Assembly (NCBI RefSeq): GCF_047600385.1
Contig: NZ_JASGKZ010000002.1
Coordinates: 84,217 to 148,216, forward strand
DNA length: 64,000 nucleotides
From: Gordonia sp. (in: high G+C Gram-positive bacteria)
Lineage (GTDB): Bacteria; Actinomycetota; Actinomycetes; Mycobacteriales; Mycobacteriaceae
Direction: 5' to 3'
Each line of letters starts with the position of its first letter. Position 1 is the stretch's first letter. The notes beneath the pieces were generated by a model. It had not been told where the DNA came from. It saw only the letters and a list, made by a program, of their open reading frames with translations, and ran no database searches. Shown here piece by piece: positions 33,877-42,484 of this stretch. The translations under genes and the position numbers were made by a program.

Positions 33877-34659
33877 ATGCAGCAGCGCCGCCTCTACTTC
33901 TCCGCGATCACGCTCGTCGCGGTCTTCGGCTTCGCCACCGTCGCGGTGCTGCCCTGGCTGCAGCTCCCGGGCCTCGGACTGAGCTGGAACGGTCTCGGTC
34001 GCACGTCCGACGAGTCGCTGGCCGCCACCGGGATCACTCCGGAACCGCGCGGCTGGCTCGTGCTCACGGCCTGCCTCGCGGTGCTCCTCGCCGCACTGCC
34101 CCTGCTGCGTTCGACGACCCGCGGCACCGCACCGGCGCTCTGGCTGGCCGCCCTCTGCGCCGCCGCGGGCAGCGCCGTCCCGCTGACCGTGCTGATCGAC
34201 CCCGACTGGTTCCTGGGCGGTTTCCTGAGTGAGATCGGCGCAGTCGAATTCCTCGGCCGCGGCCGGGAGCTGCTCAACGTCCCGGTCCTGGGGTTCTGCG
34301 CGGGTGCGATGATCCTGCTGACGCTCCTGTGCGCGGCGACGGCGCTCACCGTCGCCCCGCTCCGCTGGCGGATCAGCATCACCCGCACCGACGCCTCGAA
34401 GAAGGACGCCGACCGTCCCGAGCCCTCCCCTCGATCGACCGAGACTTCCTCCCGATCGACCGAGTCCTCCCCTCCCGAAACCGAGTCCTCCCCTCGATCG
34501 ACCGAGCCGTCCTCTCCCGAGACTGAGCCTTCTCCTCGATGGTCGAGCGAAGTCGAGACCACCCCCGAACCCGAATCCGACACCGACGAGACCCCGGAGT
34601 CGGCACCCGGAGAATCGGAACCCGAAGCCGACCGGGCCGCTACCCGATCTGCCGATTGA
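33877..34659 (+). CDS. Membrane protein (WNGLG motif) with repetitive Ser/Pro/Glu tail
   Basis: PWL...SWNGLG, TM segments, (S)PRSTE repeats. Confidence 0.65.
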   Translation: MQQRRLYFSAITLVAVFGFATVAVLPWLQLPGLGLSWNGLGRTSDESLAATGITPEPRGWLVLTACLAVLLAALPLLRSTTRGTAPALWLAALCAAAGSAVPLTVLIDPDWFLGGFLSEIGAVEFLGRGRELLNVPVLGFCAGAMILLTLLCAATALTVAPLRWRISITRTDASKKDADRPEPSPRSTETSSRSTESSPPETESSPRSTEPSSPETEPSPRWSSEVETTPEPESDTDETPESAPGESEPEADRAATRSAD

Positions 34660-35296
34660 CCGCCCAGCGCGTGAGAGCGTTCCGGTTCGACTGCTGGGTC
34701 TTGCGCAGCACGTTCGACGCGTGCGTCTCGACGGTCTTGACCGAGATGAACAGCTCCTCGGCGATCTCCCGGTAGGTGTACCCGCGGGCGAGCAGCCGCA
34801 GCACCTCCATCTCGCGTTTGGTCAGCGAGTCCAGTTCGGGATCCAACGCGGGCTCGGGCACCGGCGAGCGCCCGGTGAACGAGTCGAGCACGAACCCGGC
34901 CAGTCGCGGACTGAACACGGCGTCGCCCTCGGCGACCCGTCGTACCGCGTCGGCCAGGTCACCCCCGCTGATGGTCTTGGTGACGTATCCGCGCGCCCCG
35001 GCGCGGATGGTCGCGATCACGTCGTTCGCCGCGTCCGACACCGACAGCGCGAGGAACACCGGCGCGTCGGAACCGAGCGCATCGGTCACCCCACGCAGCA
35101 CGGCCACGCCGCCGCCACCGGGCATGTGCACGTCGAGCAGCACCACGTCGGGCCGCTGCCCGACGATCCCGGCGATCGCCTCCGGCACCGTGCCCGCGTC
35201 GCCGACCACCTCCATCCGGTCCTCCGACGCCAGTTCGGCGCGGACGCCGGACCGGAACACCGCGTGGTCGTCGACCAGGTACACCCGATAGGTCAT
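34640..35296 (-). CDS. NarL/LuxR family response regulator
   Basis: LVDDH, LLDVHMP, GYVTK, LTKREMEVL...ISVKTVETH. Confidence 0.92.
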   Translation of the reverse strand: MTYRVYLVDDHAVFRSGVRAELASEDRMEVVGDAGTVPEAIAGIVGQRPDVVLLDVHMPGGGGVAVLRGVTDALGSDAPVFLALSVSDAANDVIATIRAGARGYVTKTISGGDLADAVRRVAEGDAVFSPRLAGFVLDSFTGRSPVPEPALDPELDSLTKREMEVLRLLARGYTYREIAEELFISVKTVETHASNVLRKTQQSNRNALTRWAVNRQIG

Positions 35297-36600
35297 GAAG
35301 CCTCCTCGTGCTGTTCGTATCGTGCTCGGTCGCCCGGATCCCGCTCCTCGGCGGAGTCCCCTCCGCCGACCGGGTCCGGACCGCCGACGGAGTGCGTCGA
35401 GGCCCTCGGCAGCGTCAACGTCACATTGGTGCCGCGCCCCGGCGACGAACGCAGTTCGACGGTCCCGCCCGCCCGGTCCATCCGGGCGCGGATGGACCGG
35501 GCGATCCCCTGACGGTCGTCGTCGACCAGGTCCGGGTCGAAACCCCGGCCCCGGTCGCGGACGAAGACCTCCACCCGGTCGTCGAGCACCTCGGCGTACA
35601 CGTCCACCTTCTGCGCGCCGGAGTGCTTGGCCGCGTTGACCAGGGCTTCCCGGGTGGCGGCGACCAGTGCGGCGGCCGACCGCGCCCAGGCCGCATCGCG
35701 CAGCTCCTCCCGGGTGGTGTCGCCGACGGTCACCGCCTCGATCTCCGTCCCGTAGCTCTCCTCGACCTCCGCGGCGAGCGCGGTGATCGCGGCGGCGAAC
35801 GACTCCCGGTGCTGCGCCGGATCGCCGAAGAGCCACGTCCGCAGCTCGCGTTCCTGGCGGCGGGCCAGTCGGGCGACGGTCTCCGGATCACCGGACCGTT
35901 TCTGGATCAACGCGAGGGTCTGGAGCACCGAGTCGTGCAGATGCGACGCGATCTCCTCCCGCTCGGCGTTCCGGATCCGTTCGGCGCGCTCGGCGTCGAG
36001 CGCCTGGAGCAGCCGCATCCACAGGGGCACGGTCAGCAGGATGACGCCGGCCAACGTCGCCAACACCGCGAGCATCGTCGAGTTGATGCCGGCCAGTCCC
36101 GCGCCCCGGGCCGCCACCAGCACGACCAGTCCGCCGATCACCAGGAGCGCACCGGCCACCAGCCGCAGCCAGGTGACCCAGGATCGTCGTGCATCCTCCA
36201 GTCCGGTGACGTCCACCTCGCGCCAGACCAGCGCCGCGCCGCAGAGCACGAAGATCGCCGCCACCAGCTGCTGCGCCGGCGCGTTGGCGGCCAGGGCCCC
36301 GCTGATGATCAGGGCGACGACACCCAGCGTCGCCAACCCGTACGCCTGGCGGCGTTCCCGCGGAGCCGGACTCGCCGTGTCGTCGCCGACCGGGCAGAGG
36401 AACCACAGCGCCGCATACGCGAAGGCTCCGGCACCGGCGAGCGCGGTCAGCACGACGAAGATCACGCGCACCCGGAAGACGTCGACGTCGAGGTGGTCGG
36501 CGAGGCCGCCGGCGACCCCGGCGATCACCTTGCCGCCGTTGCGCCGGACCAGTCTCGGCGTCGTCTCCTGCGCTCGTCCGCGCGTGGTCTCGGTTCTCAT
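35293..36600 (-). CDS. PspC-domain sensor histidine kinase
   Basis: IAGVAGGLADHL (PspC), HLHDSVLQTL, NAAKHS, DRGRGF, G..G..SI boxes. Confidence 0.9.
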   Translation of the reverse strand: MRTETTRGRAQETTPRLVRRNGGKVIAGVAGGLADHLDVDVFRVRVIFVVLTALAGAGAFAYAALWFLCPVGDDTASPAPRERRQAYGLATLGVVALIISGALAANAPAQQLVAAIFVLCGAALVWREVDVTGLEDARRSWVTWLRLVAGALLVIGGLVVLVAARGAGLAGINSTMLAVLATLAGVILLTVPLWMRLLQALDAERAERIRNAEREEIASHLHDSVLQTLALIQKRSGDPETVARLARRQERELRTWLFGDPAQHRESFAAAITALAAEVEESYGTEIEAVTVGDTTREELRDAAWARSAAALVAATREALVNAAKHSGAQKVDVYAEVLDDRVEVFVRDRGRGFDPDLVDDDRQGIARSIRARMDRAGGTVELRSSPGRGTNVTLTLPRASTHSVGGPDPVGGGDSAEERDPGDRARYEQHEEAS

Positions 36601-36716
36601 CACTGTCGATACTGGCACGCCCCGAACCCGATCCGCCTCTCCCGAGACAGAGTTCAGGGACCTTCTCAGGGTTCTTCCCGATACCTGCCGGTCGCCGCCG
36701 GGACCAGGATTGAGTC

Positions 36717-37997
36717 ATGAACACCGAGACCCTCTCAGACCTCTGGGCCACCCGGCCTGTCCGGCGCCGCGACGGCCACAAGGTCGCCGGCGTCTGCTCC
36801 GGGTTCGGCGCACGCTACGACGTCGATCCGACGCTGATCCGCGTCGCCTTCGTCGTGGCGACGTTCTTCGGCGGCAGCGGAGTGCTTCTGTACATCGCCG
36901 CCGTGATCGCTCTGCCCTACGAACACGGCGACGGCGATCCGCTGCAGTACCGGCGCCGTTCCGGCCGTCCCCGCCGACCGTGGGGGATCTCCCCGGTGGT
37001 CCTGTGGATCCTGGCTGCGGTCGTGTTCGTCTCGACGGTGAGCAGCGGCTCGCTGTGGAGTTCCGGCAGTCTGGCGGGTCTGGTCCTGATGGCGCTCGGC
37101 TGGTGGCTGCTCTACCAGCGCACCCCTGTCGCACCGGCCGGAACCGGTGCCGACGAGTTCGGCCGGGAGCACTCCGTTCCGGCCGCGGGCTCGCCGGGGC
37201 AGGCCGCGCCCGTCGTCGTACCCGGTGGTGCGGCCGAGACCGCCGCGCCCGCCCCCGGTTCCTCCACCGCCGAGACGACGCCCGCCCCCGCGCCGACCGC
37301 ACCGCACGACGACCCCGTGCCCCCGGCCTGGGATCCGCTCGGTGTGGCACCGTTCGCGTGGGATCTTCCCGAGCCGACTCCGGCCCCGAAGCCGCCCGCC
37401 CCGAAGGTCCCGGCGTCGCCGGTCACCCCGATCACGCTGGGTGTCGCCGTGCTGGTCGCCGTCGCCGGAGCCGCGGCGCATCTCGCGGGAGCCGAATGGT
37501 TCACCGTCGGCCGGATCGCGTCACTCGCCCTCGCCGTGATCGGTGTCGGCCTGTTGATCGGCGCCCTCCAGCGGCGCCCGGAGGGAGGACATGCGACCGG
37601 CCTGATCACCCTGGCCTTCGTCGTGGCGGGCATCGTCGTCGCCTCGACCCTCACGCAGGGGTCCGACTGGTCGACCGCCAAGGGCGGCATCGGTGAACGG
37701 AGGTATCACGTGACCGAGCAGTCGCAGCTCCGGGAACGGTACGACCTCACCGTCGGCAACACCGTGCTCGACCTGCGCGACCTCGACGAGATCGATCGGG
37801 ACACGACGGTCACCCTGAACCAGAACGTCGGCGAGATCAAGGTGCAGCTGCCGCCGGACGTCCGGGTCCGCACCGAATGCGACACGACGATCGGCGACTA
37901 CGTCTGCCCGGAGGGTGTGGTCGGCGGCCCGAAGGACGGCCCGATCCTGACCATCGACGCCCGCATGGGTGTCGGACACGTGGAGATGAAGCGATGA
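36717..37997 (+). CDS. PspC-domain membrane protein
   Basis: VAGVCSGFGARYDVDPTLIRVAF; divergent from the kinase. Confidence 0.85.
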   Translation: MNTETLSDLWATRPVRRRDGHKVAGVCSGFGARYDVDPTLIRVAFVVATFFGGSGVLLYIAAVIALPYEHGDGDPLQYRRRSGRPRRPWGISPVVLWILAAVVFVSTVSSGSLWSSGSLAGLVLMALGWWLLYQRTPVAPAGTGADEFGREHSVPAAGSPGQAAPVVVPGGAAETAAPAPGSSTAETTPAPAPTAPHDDPVPPAWDPLGVAPFAWDLPEPTPAPKPPAPKVPASPVTPITLGVAVLVAVAGAAAHLAGAEWFTVGRIASLALAVIGVGLLIGALQRRPEGGHATGLITLAFVVAGIVVASTLTQGSDWSTAKGGIGERRYHVTEQSQLRERYDLTVGNTVLDLRDLDEIDRDTTVTLNQNVGEIKVQLPPDVRVRTECDTTIGDYVCPEGVVGGPKDGPILTIDARMGVGHVEMKR

Positions 37998-38203
37998 GCG
38001 AGAACACCGAGAACCTGCCCGAACCGCGTCGCGCACCGCTGCTGGCGGTGTTCGGGGTCCTGGCACTGGCCGTGGCCGGCTGGGGTCTGTCCGGCGGACC
38101 GGACATCCCCGACCTACGACTGCTGCCGTGGCTCCTGATCGGTGTCGGCACCGTTGCCGGAATCGTGCTGATCGCGAGTGGATTCCGGCGCTCGGGGAAC
38201 TGA
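37994..38203 (+). CDS. Small membrane protein
   Basis: ATGA overlap; two hydrophobic helices, 69 aa. Confidence 0.7.
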   Translation: MSENTENLPEPRRAPLLAVFGVLALAVAGWGLSGGPDIPDLRLLPWLLIGVGTVAGIVLIASGFRRSGN

Positions 38204-38210
38204 CACGTGT

Positions 38211-38293
38211 ACGGCCGACCGATTCTCCCTGCGGTCGGCCGTGACGAAATACGAGGCCACGAGGGCATATAGCCCTCGTGGCCTCGTATTTCG
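38211..38293. terminator. Two adjacent hairpins (11-bp and 22-bp perfect stems) between convergent genes
   Basis: ACGGCCGACCG/CGGTCGGCCGT; CGAAATACGAGGCCACGAGGGC-ATATA-GCCCTCGTGGCCTCGTATTTCG. Confidence 0.8.
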
Positions 38294-38341
38294 CAGTCAC
38301 CGACACAGCGGGCCGACGACCACGGTGCGGTCAGCGACCGC

Positions 38342-39929
38342 TCACTCCCATTCGATGGTCCCCGGCGGCTTGCTGGTCACGTCCAGCACCACGCGGTTCA
38401 CGTCGGGCACCTCGTTGGTGATCCGGGTGGAGATGATCTCCAGCACCTCGTAGGGCACGCGGGTCCAGTCGGCGGTCATCGCGTCCTCGGACGAGACGGG
38501 GCGCAGCACGATCGGATGACCGTAGGTGCGGCCGTCGCCCTGAACGCCGACGCTGCGGACGTCGGCGAGCAGCACCACCGGGCACTGCCAGATCTGGCCG
38601 TCCAGGCCGGCGGCGGTGAGTTCCTCGCGGGCGATCAGGTCGGCCTTGCGCAGCAGTTCCAGGCGGTCCTTGGTCACCTCGCCGACGATGCGGATCGCCA
38701 GGCCCGGGCCGGGGAACGGCTGCCGGTTGACGATCTCCTCGGGCAGGCCGAGTTCGCGGCCGACGGCGCGGACCTCGTCCTTGAACAGCAGGCGCAGCGG
38801 CTCGACGAGTTTGAACTCCAGGTCTTCGGGCAGACCGCCGACGTTGTGGTGGCTCTTGATGTTCGCGGTGCCCGATCCCCCGCCGGACTCGACGACGTCC
38901 GGGTAGAGGGTGCCCTGCACCAGGAAGTCGACCTTCTTGCCGTCGGCGGCCTGGTCGCCGAGGACCTCGGAGACGGCGCCCTCGAACGAGCGGATGAACT
39001 CGCGGCCGATGATCTTGCGCTTGGTCTCCGGGTCGGACTGCCCGACCAGATGTCCGAGGAAGATGTCCTCGGCGTCGACGGTCACCAGGCGTGCCCCGGT
39101 GGCGGCGACGAAGTCGGTCTGCACCTGCTCACGCTCCCCCGCGCGAAGCAGGCCGTGGTCGACGAAGACGCAGGTCAGGCGATCGCCGATGGCGCGCTGC
39201 ACCAGCGCGGCGGCGACGGCGGAGTCCACGCCGCCGGACAGTCCGCAGATGGCCAGGCCATCGTCGCCCACCTGGGCCTTGACGTCGGCGATCAACGATT
39301 CGGCGATGTTCGCGGCGGTCCACGTGGGCGTCAGCCCGGCCACCTCGTACAGGAAGCGGGTCAGCACCTCCTGGCCGTGCGGGGTGTGCAGCACCTCCGG
39401 GTGGTACTGGACGCCGGCCATCTTGCGTTCGACGCACTCGAACGCGGCGACCGGGGCGCCCGGCGTCGACGCGGTCACGGTGAAGCCCTCCGGCGCCACC
39501 TGCACGGCGTCGTTGTGGCTCATCCACACCGGTTGCGTCTGGCTGAGACCGTGGTGCAGGACGCCGCCGTCGCCGTCGATCTCCATCATGGTGCGGCCGA
39601 ACTCGCGGCCGCCGGTGTTGGCGACGGTGCCGCCCAGGGCGTCGGTCATCTTCTGGAAGCCGTAGCGAGATGCCGAAGACCGGGATGCCCTGCTCGAAGA
39701 GCTGCGGGTCGATGGTCGGGGCGCCGTCGGCGTACACCGACGACGGTCCGCCGGACAGCACGATGGCCGCCGGATCCTTGGCGAGGTACTCCTCCAGGGG
39801 CGCGTCGTGCGCGATCACCTCGGAGTAGATGCGCGCCTCCCGGACCCGTCGCGCGATGAGCTGCGCGTACTGGGCACCGAAGTCGACGACGAGGACTGGT
39901 CGCGGGTGGTCAGCCGAGGTTTCCGTCAC
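38342..39929 (-). CDS. guaA: GMP synthase (glutamine-hydrolysing), +1 frameshift at 39667
   Basis: VDFGAQY, SGGPSSV, [GICYG restored], [29 protein letters not shown]. Confidence 0.93.
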
Positions 39930-40068
39930 GGGGGACAGTCTATCGGCAGGTTCCGTCGGCACTATTCCGGACTCGCCGTCGATCGACGGTCCTTCGGCGC
40001 GGAGAATATCGGCGACCAGAGACTCCTCCCCGATCACAGCACCCTCGCAACCCACATCACCGCACCAT

Positions 40069-40446
40069 TCACAGGAGTTCCACGTGGCAACGTGTCCCCG
40101 GAGCCCGAGCGAGGCGGGCATCGACCGTCAACAGCGATTCGACATCGAGCGCTTCGGCGAGCGCCACATAGGCCGCGTCGTATGCAGACAAGTTGTGCCG
40201 GAGTTCCCAGACACGCGGCCGAAGCCAGTCCATGGGGTACCGACTGATGTCCATGCCCAAGAAGCCGATCATCGCATCGTTCGCCTGCGCCGACGTCAAC
40301 TGCTGCCGACGCTCCAATGTTCGCAGAGCACTGATCACCTCACAGTCGATCAGGTGGGGCGCCGCCAGCGGAGCTTCCCCCAGCGACTCCGGAGCGAGAC
40401 CTCCCACCAGAAGTTGCACGATCGCACCGGCGTCAATGACCTTCAC
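40069..40446 (-). CDS. vapC: VapC PIN-domain toxin
   Basis: [22 protein letters not shown] acidic tetrad; GTGA overlap with the antitoxin. Confidence 0.9.
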   Translation of the reverse strand: MKVIDAGAIVQLLVGGLAPESLGEAPLAAPHLIDCEVISALRTLERRQQLTSAQANDAMIGFLGMDISRYPMDWLRPRVWELRHNLSAYDAAYVALAEALDVESLLTVDARLARAPGTRCHVELL

Positions 40447-40685
40447 TCTCGCCTGTCCGCCTGTAGCGCCGACAAGATGGTCTCGGAATCGAGGGCGGCG
40501 CCCACCGCAACCTGGGTCGCCCGCACCACTTCCGCGTTGCGTCTGACTGATTCCGAGCGCCCGGCGAGCGCTGCGAGTTCCCTTCGCAAAAACTCCGAGA
40601 GAGACAGACCTCGCGCTTGCGCAGCACGCGACAGCGCCTCGTGCGTGGCATCCGGCAGCCCTCGGACCTGAACAACCCTGCTCAT
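40443..40685 (-). CDS. vapB: VapB/FitA-like ribbon-helix-helix antitoxin
   Basis: VQVRGLPDATHEAL...GLSLSEFLRREL, upstream of vapC. Confidence 0.85.
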   Translation of the reverse strand: MSRVVQVRGLPDATHEALSRAAQARGLSLSEFLRRELAALAGRSESVRRNAEVVRATQVAVGAALDSETILSALQADRRE

Positions 40686-40775
40686 ACCTGGACACTACCG
40701 ACCCTGCATGCACAATGCACCCACTTCCGACTTGAACATGCCATTAAGATCAGAACTTGCGCCCCACACGATCAC

Positions 40776-40853
40776 GGGCGCAATCCCCAACCAGGGATGA
40801 TCCGTAGTTTCTTGTGATCGGACACCTGCTCCCCGCCACGGCGGGGGTCGCGG
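40776..40853 (+). ncRNA. CRISPR-derived mini-array / crRNA-like RNA (degenerate repeat, 21-nt spacer, degenerate repeat)
   Basis: psiR1 40776-40803 ends GGGATGATCC (9/10 to the repeat 3' end); spacer TAGTTTCTTGTGATCGGACAC 40805-40825; psiR2 TGCTCCCCGC-CACG-GCGGGG keeps the full 6-bp hairpin. Confidence 0.75.
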
Positions 40854-40889
40854 CCGGGTCACACATCAGGGCCCGGCCGCAACCTTTTC
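40850..40889 (+). terminator. Terminator after the mini-array
   Basis: GCGGCCGGGTC/GGCCCGGCCGC stem followed by AACCTTTT. Confidence 0.75.
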
Positions 40890-41028
40890 ACCATTAAATC
40901 ATATAAATCTCAAACTAGTTACTAGTTATTGGAAGGATCCTTTCCGACCCTGATGTTGGCACCAAATCGCCTCCCACAAAGTCATCCAGAACTCGGTTCG
41001 TATCCGGTATTGTTCGTGGTCAGCAAGT
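40890..41028 (+). promoter_or_regulatory. AT-rich promoter/leader of CRISPR array 1
   Basis: ATTAAATCATATAAATCTCAAACTAGTT in a high-GC background; ends GGTCAGCAAGT before the first repeat. Confidence 0.7.
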
Positions 41029-42449
41029 GTGCTCCCCGCGCGAGCGGGGATGTTCCGAGCTGGCCGAACGCGCCGATTTGCTGTCCCCGGTGCTCCCCGC
41101 GCGAGCGGGGATGTTCCGAGGTCCTGGTCGTTGGGGGTCGGGCCGATCGCGTGCTCCCCGCGCGAGCGGGGATGTTCCCTCGGCCTCGAGGCCCCCCGCG
41201 AATGGCCCAAAGTGCTCCCCGCGCGAGCGGGGATGTTCCCGTCGACCCGGTGCGCCCCCCGATCGAAGAGAGGTGCTCCCCGCGCGAGCGGGGATGTTCC
41301 CCGCAGGACCGGGTAAGAAGCCTGGTTTCCGCGGTGCTCCCCGCGCGAGCGGGGATGTTCCCACCCCGTCCTCTTGCTCGTCCTGGCCGCTACTGTGCTC
41401 CCCGCGCGAGCGGGGATGTTCCCATCGTCGCGTTCCCGGGCGGGGACGTCGACGAGTGTTCCCCGCGCGAGCGGGGATGTTCCCATCTTCCGCAGCCGGG
41501 AGATCACCTCGTCCATGTGCTCCCCGCGCGAGCGGGGATGTTCCCGGCTGCGTGCGGGTGCAGTTGTCGCAATGCAGGTGCTCCCCGCGCGAGCGGGGAT
41601 GTTCCCCTGGCAGGAAATGACGGGGCGATGTGGCACGTGTGCTCCCCGCGCGAGCGGGGATGTTCCCAATACCCTTGTGGGTTGGGAGTGCGGATTAAGG
41701 TGCTCCCCGCGCGAGCGGGGATGTTCCCGCATACGGCAGACCGGCGCGGTCACGGCAGAAGTGCTCCCCGCGCGAGCGGGGATGTTCCCCAGGCCGGCTG
41801 ATCGTTGATCCCGAAGATCCCGTGCTCCCCGCGCGAGCGGGGATGTTCCGGCGGGGCGCGCGCTCTCGGCGAAGAACGAGGCGTGCTCCCCGCGCGAGCG
41901 GGGATGTTCCCAGTCCGCCGGTGGTGGACTGGAAGCAGGGCATGTGCTCCCCGCGCGAGCGGGGATGTTCCCAGGCCGCCCTGGCCGGCGCCTGGTTGAC
42001 GTGCGTGCTCCCCGCGCGAGCGGGGATGTTCCTCTGGCCTGACGGCATCCACTACAAGACCGATGCGTGCTCCCCGCGCGAGCGGGGATGTTCCCGAACT
42101 TCGCATGCGACCGCGTCGTACGAATGTGTGCTCCCCGCGCGAGCGGGGATTTTCCATCCTTGTTGTCCATCAGCCACGCCTTTATGGCGGGCTCCCCGCG
42201 CGAGCGGGGATGTTCCCGCGAGGCTCACTGGAGCGGCCCGTCGATCGGCGTGCTCCCCGCGCAAGCGGGGATGTTCCCGATTTGCCGCTCGGTTTCCGCA
42301 TGGGCTACGCGTGCTCCCCGCGCGAGCGGGGATGTTCCCTTCGGCAAGCCCGGATCGACCGCGCCGCCCAGGTGCTCCCCGCGCGAGCGGGGATGTTCCG
42401 TATTCTCTTGCGATCGGACACTTGCTCCCCGCCACAGCAGGGAGCGCGG
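41029..42449 (+). CRISPR. Type I-E CRISPR array 1: 23 repeats GTGCTCCCCGCGCGAGCGGGGATGTTCC, 22 spacers of 33-34 nt, plus a short terminal spacer and a degenerate repeat
   Basis: Repeats at 61-bp period from 41029 to 42372; degenerate TTGCTCCCCGCCACAGCAGGGAG at 42422. Confidence 0.98.
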
Positions 42450-42480
42450 TCGGACCACGACTCGGGGCCGACCGCAACCT
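42446..42480 (+). terminator. Terminator after array 1
   Basis: GCGGTCGG/CCGACCGC stem followed by AACCT. Confidence 0.65.
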
Positions 42481-42484
42481 CCCA

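Noticed and set aside
40686-40700. Mini-array spacer targeting the vapB promoter (CreTA-like control)
   Set aside because: Best site TAGTGTCCAGG matches only 7/11 with a seed mismatch at position 5 and a CGG flank; not convincing.
40929-41028. CreT-like small toxin RNA or ORF in the array-1 leader (GGAAGGA...ATG 40953)
   Set aside because: SD-to-ATG spacing about 15 nt, no rare-codon pair plus stop, and the frame runs into the repeats.
40776-42449. Short spacers as CAST-type homing guides
   Set aside because: No tnsABC or tniQ in the window, cas3 and cas1-2 are intact, and the identified match is a promoter, not an att site.
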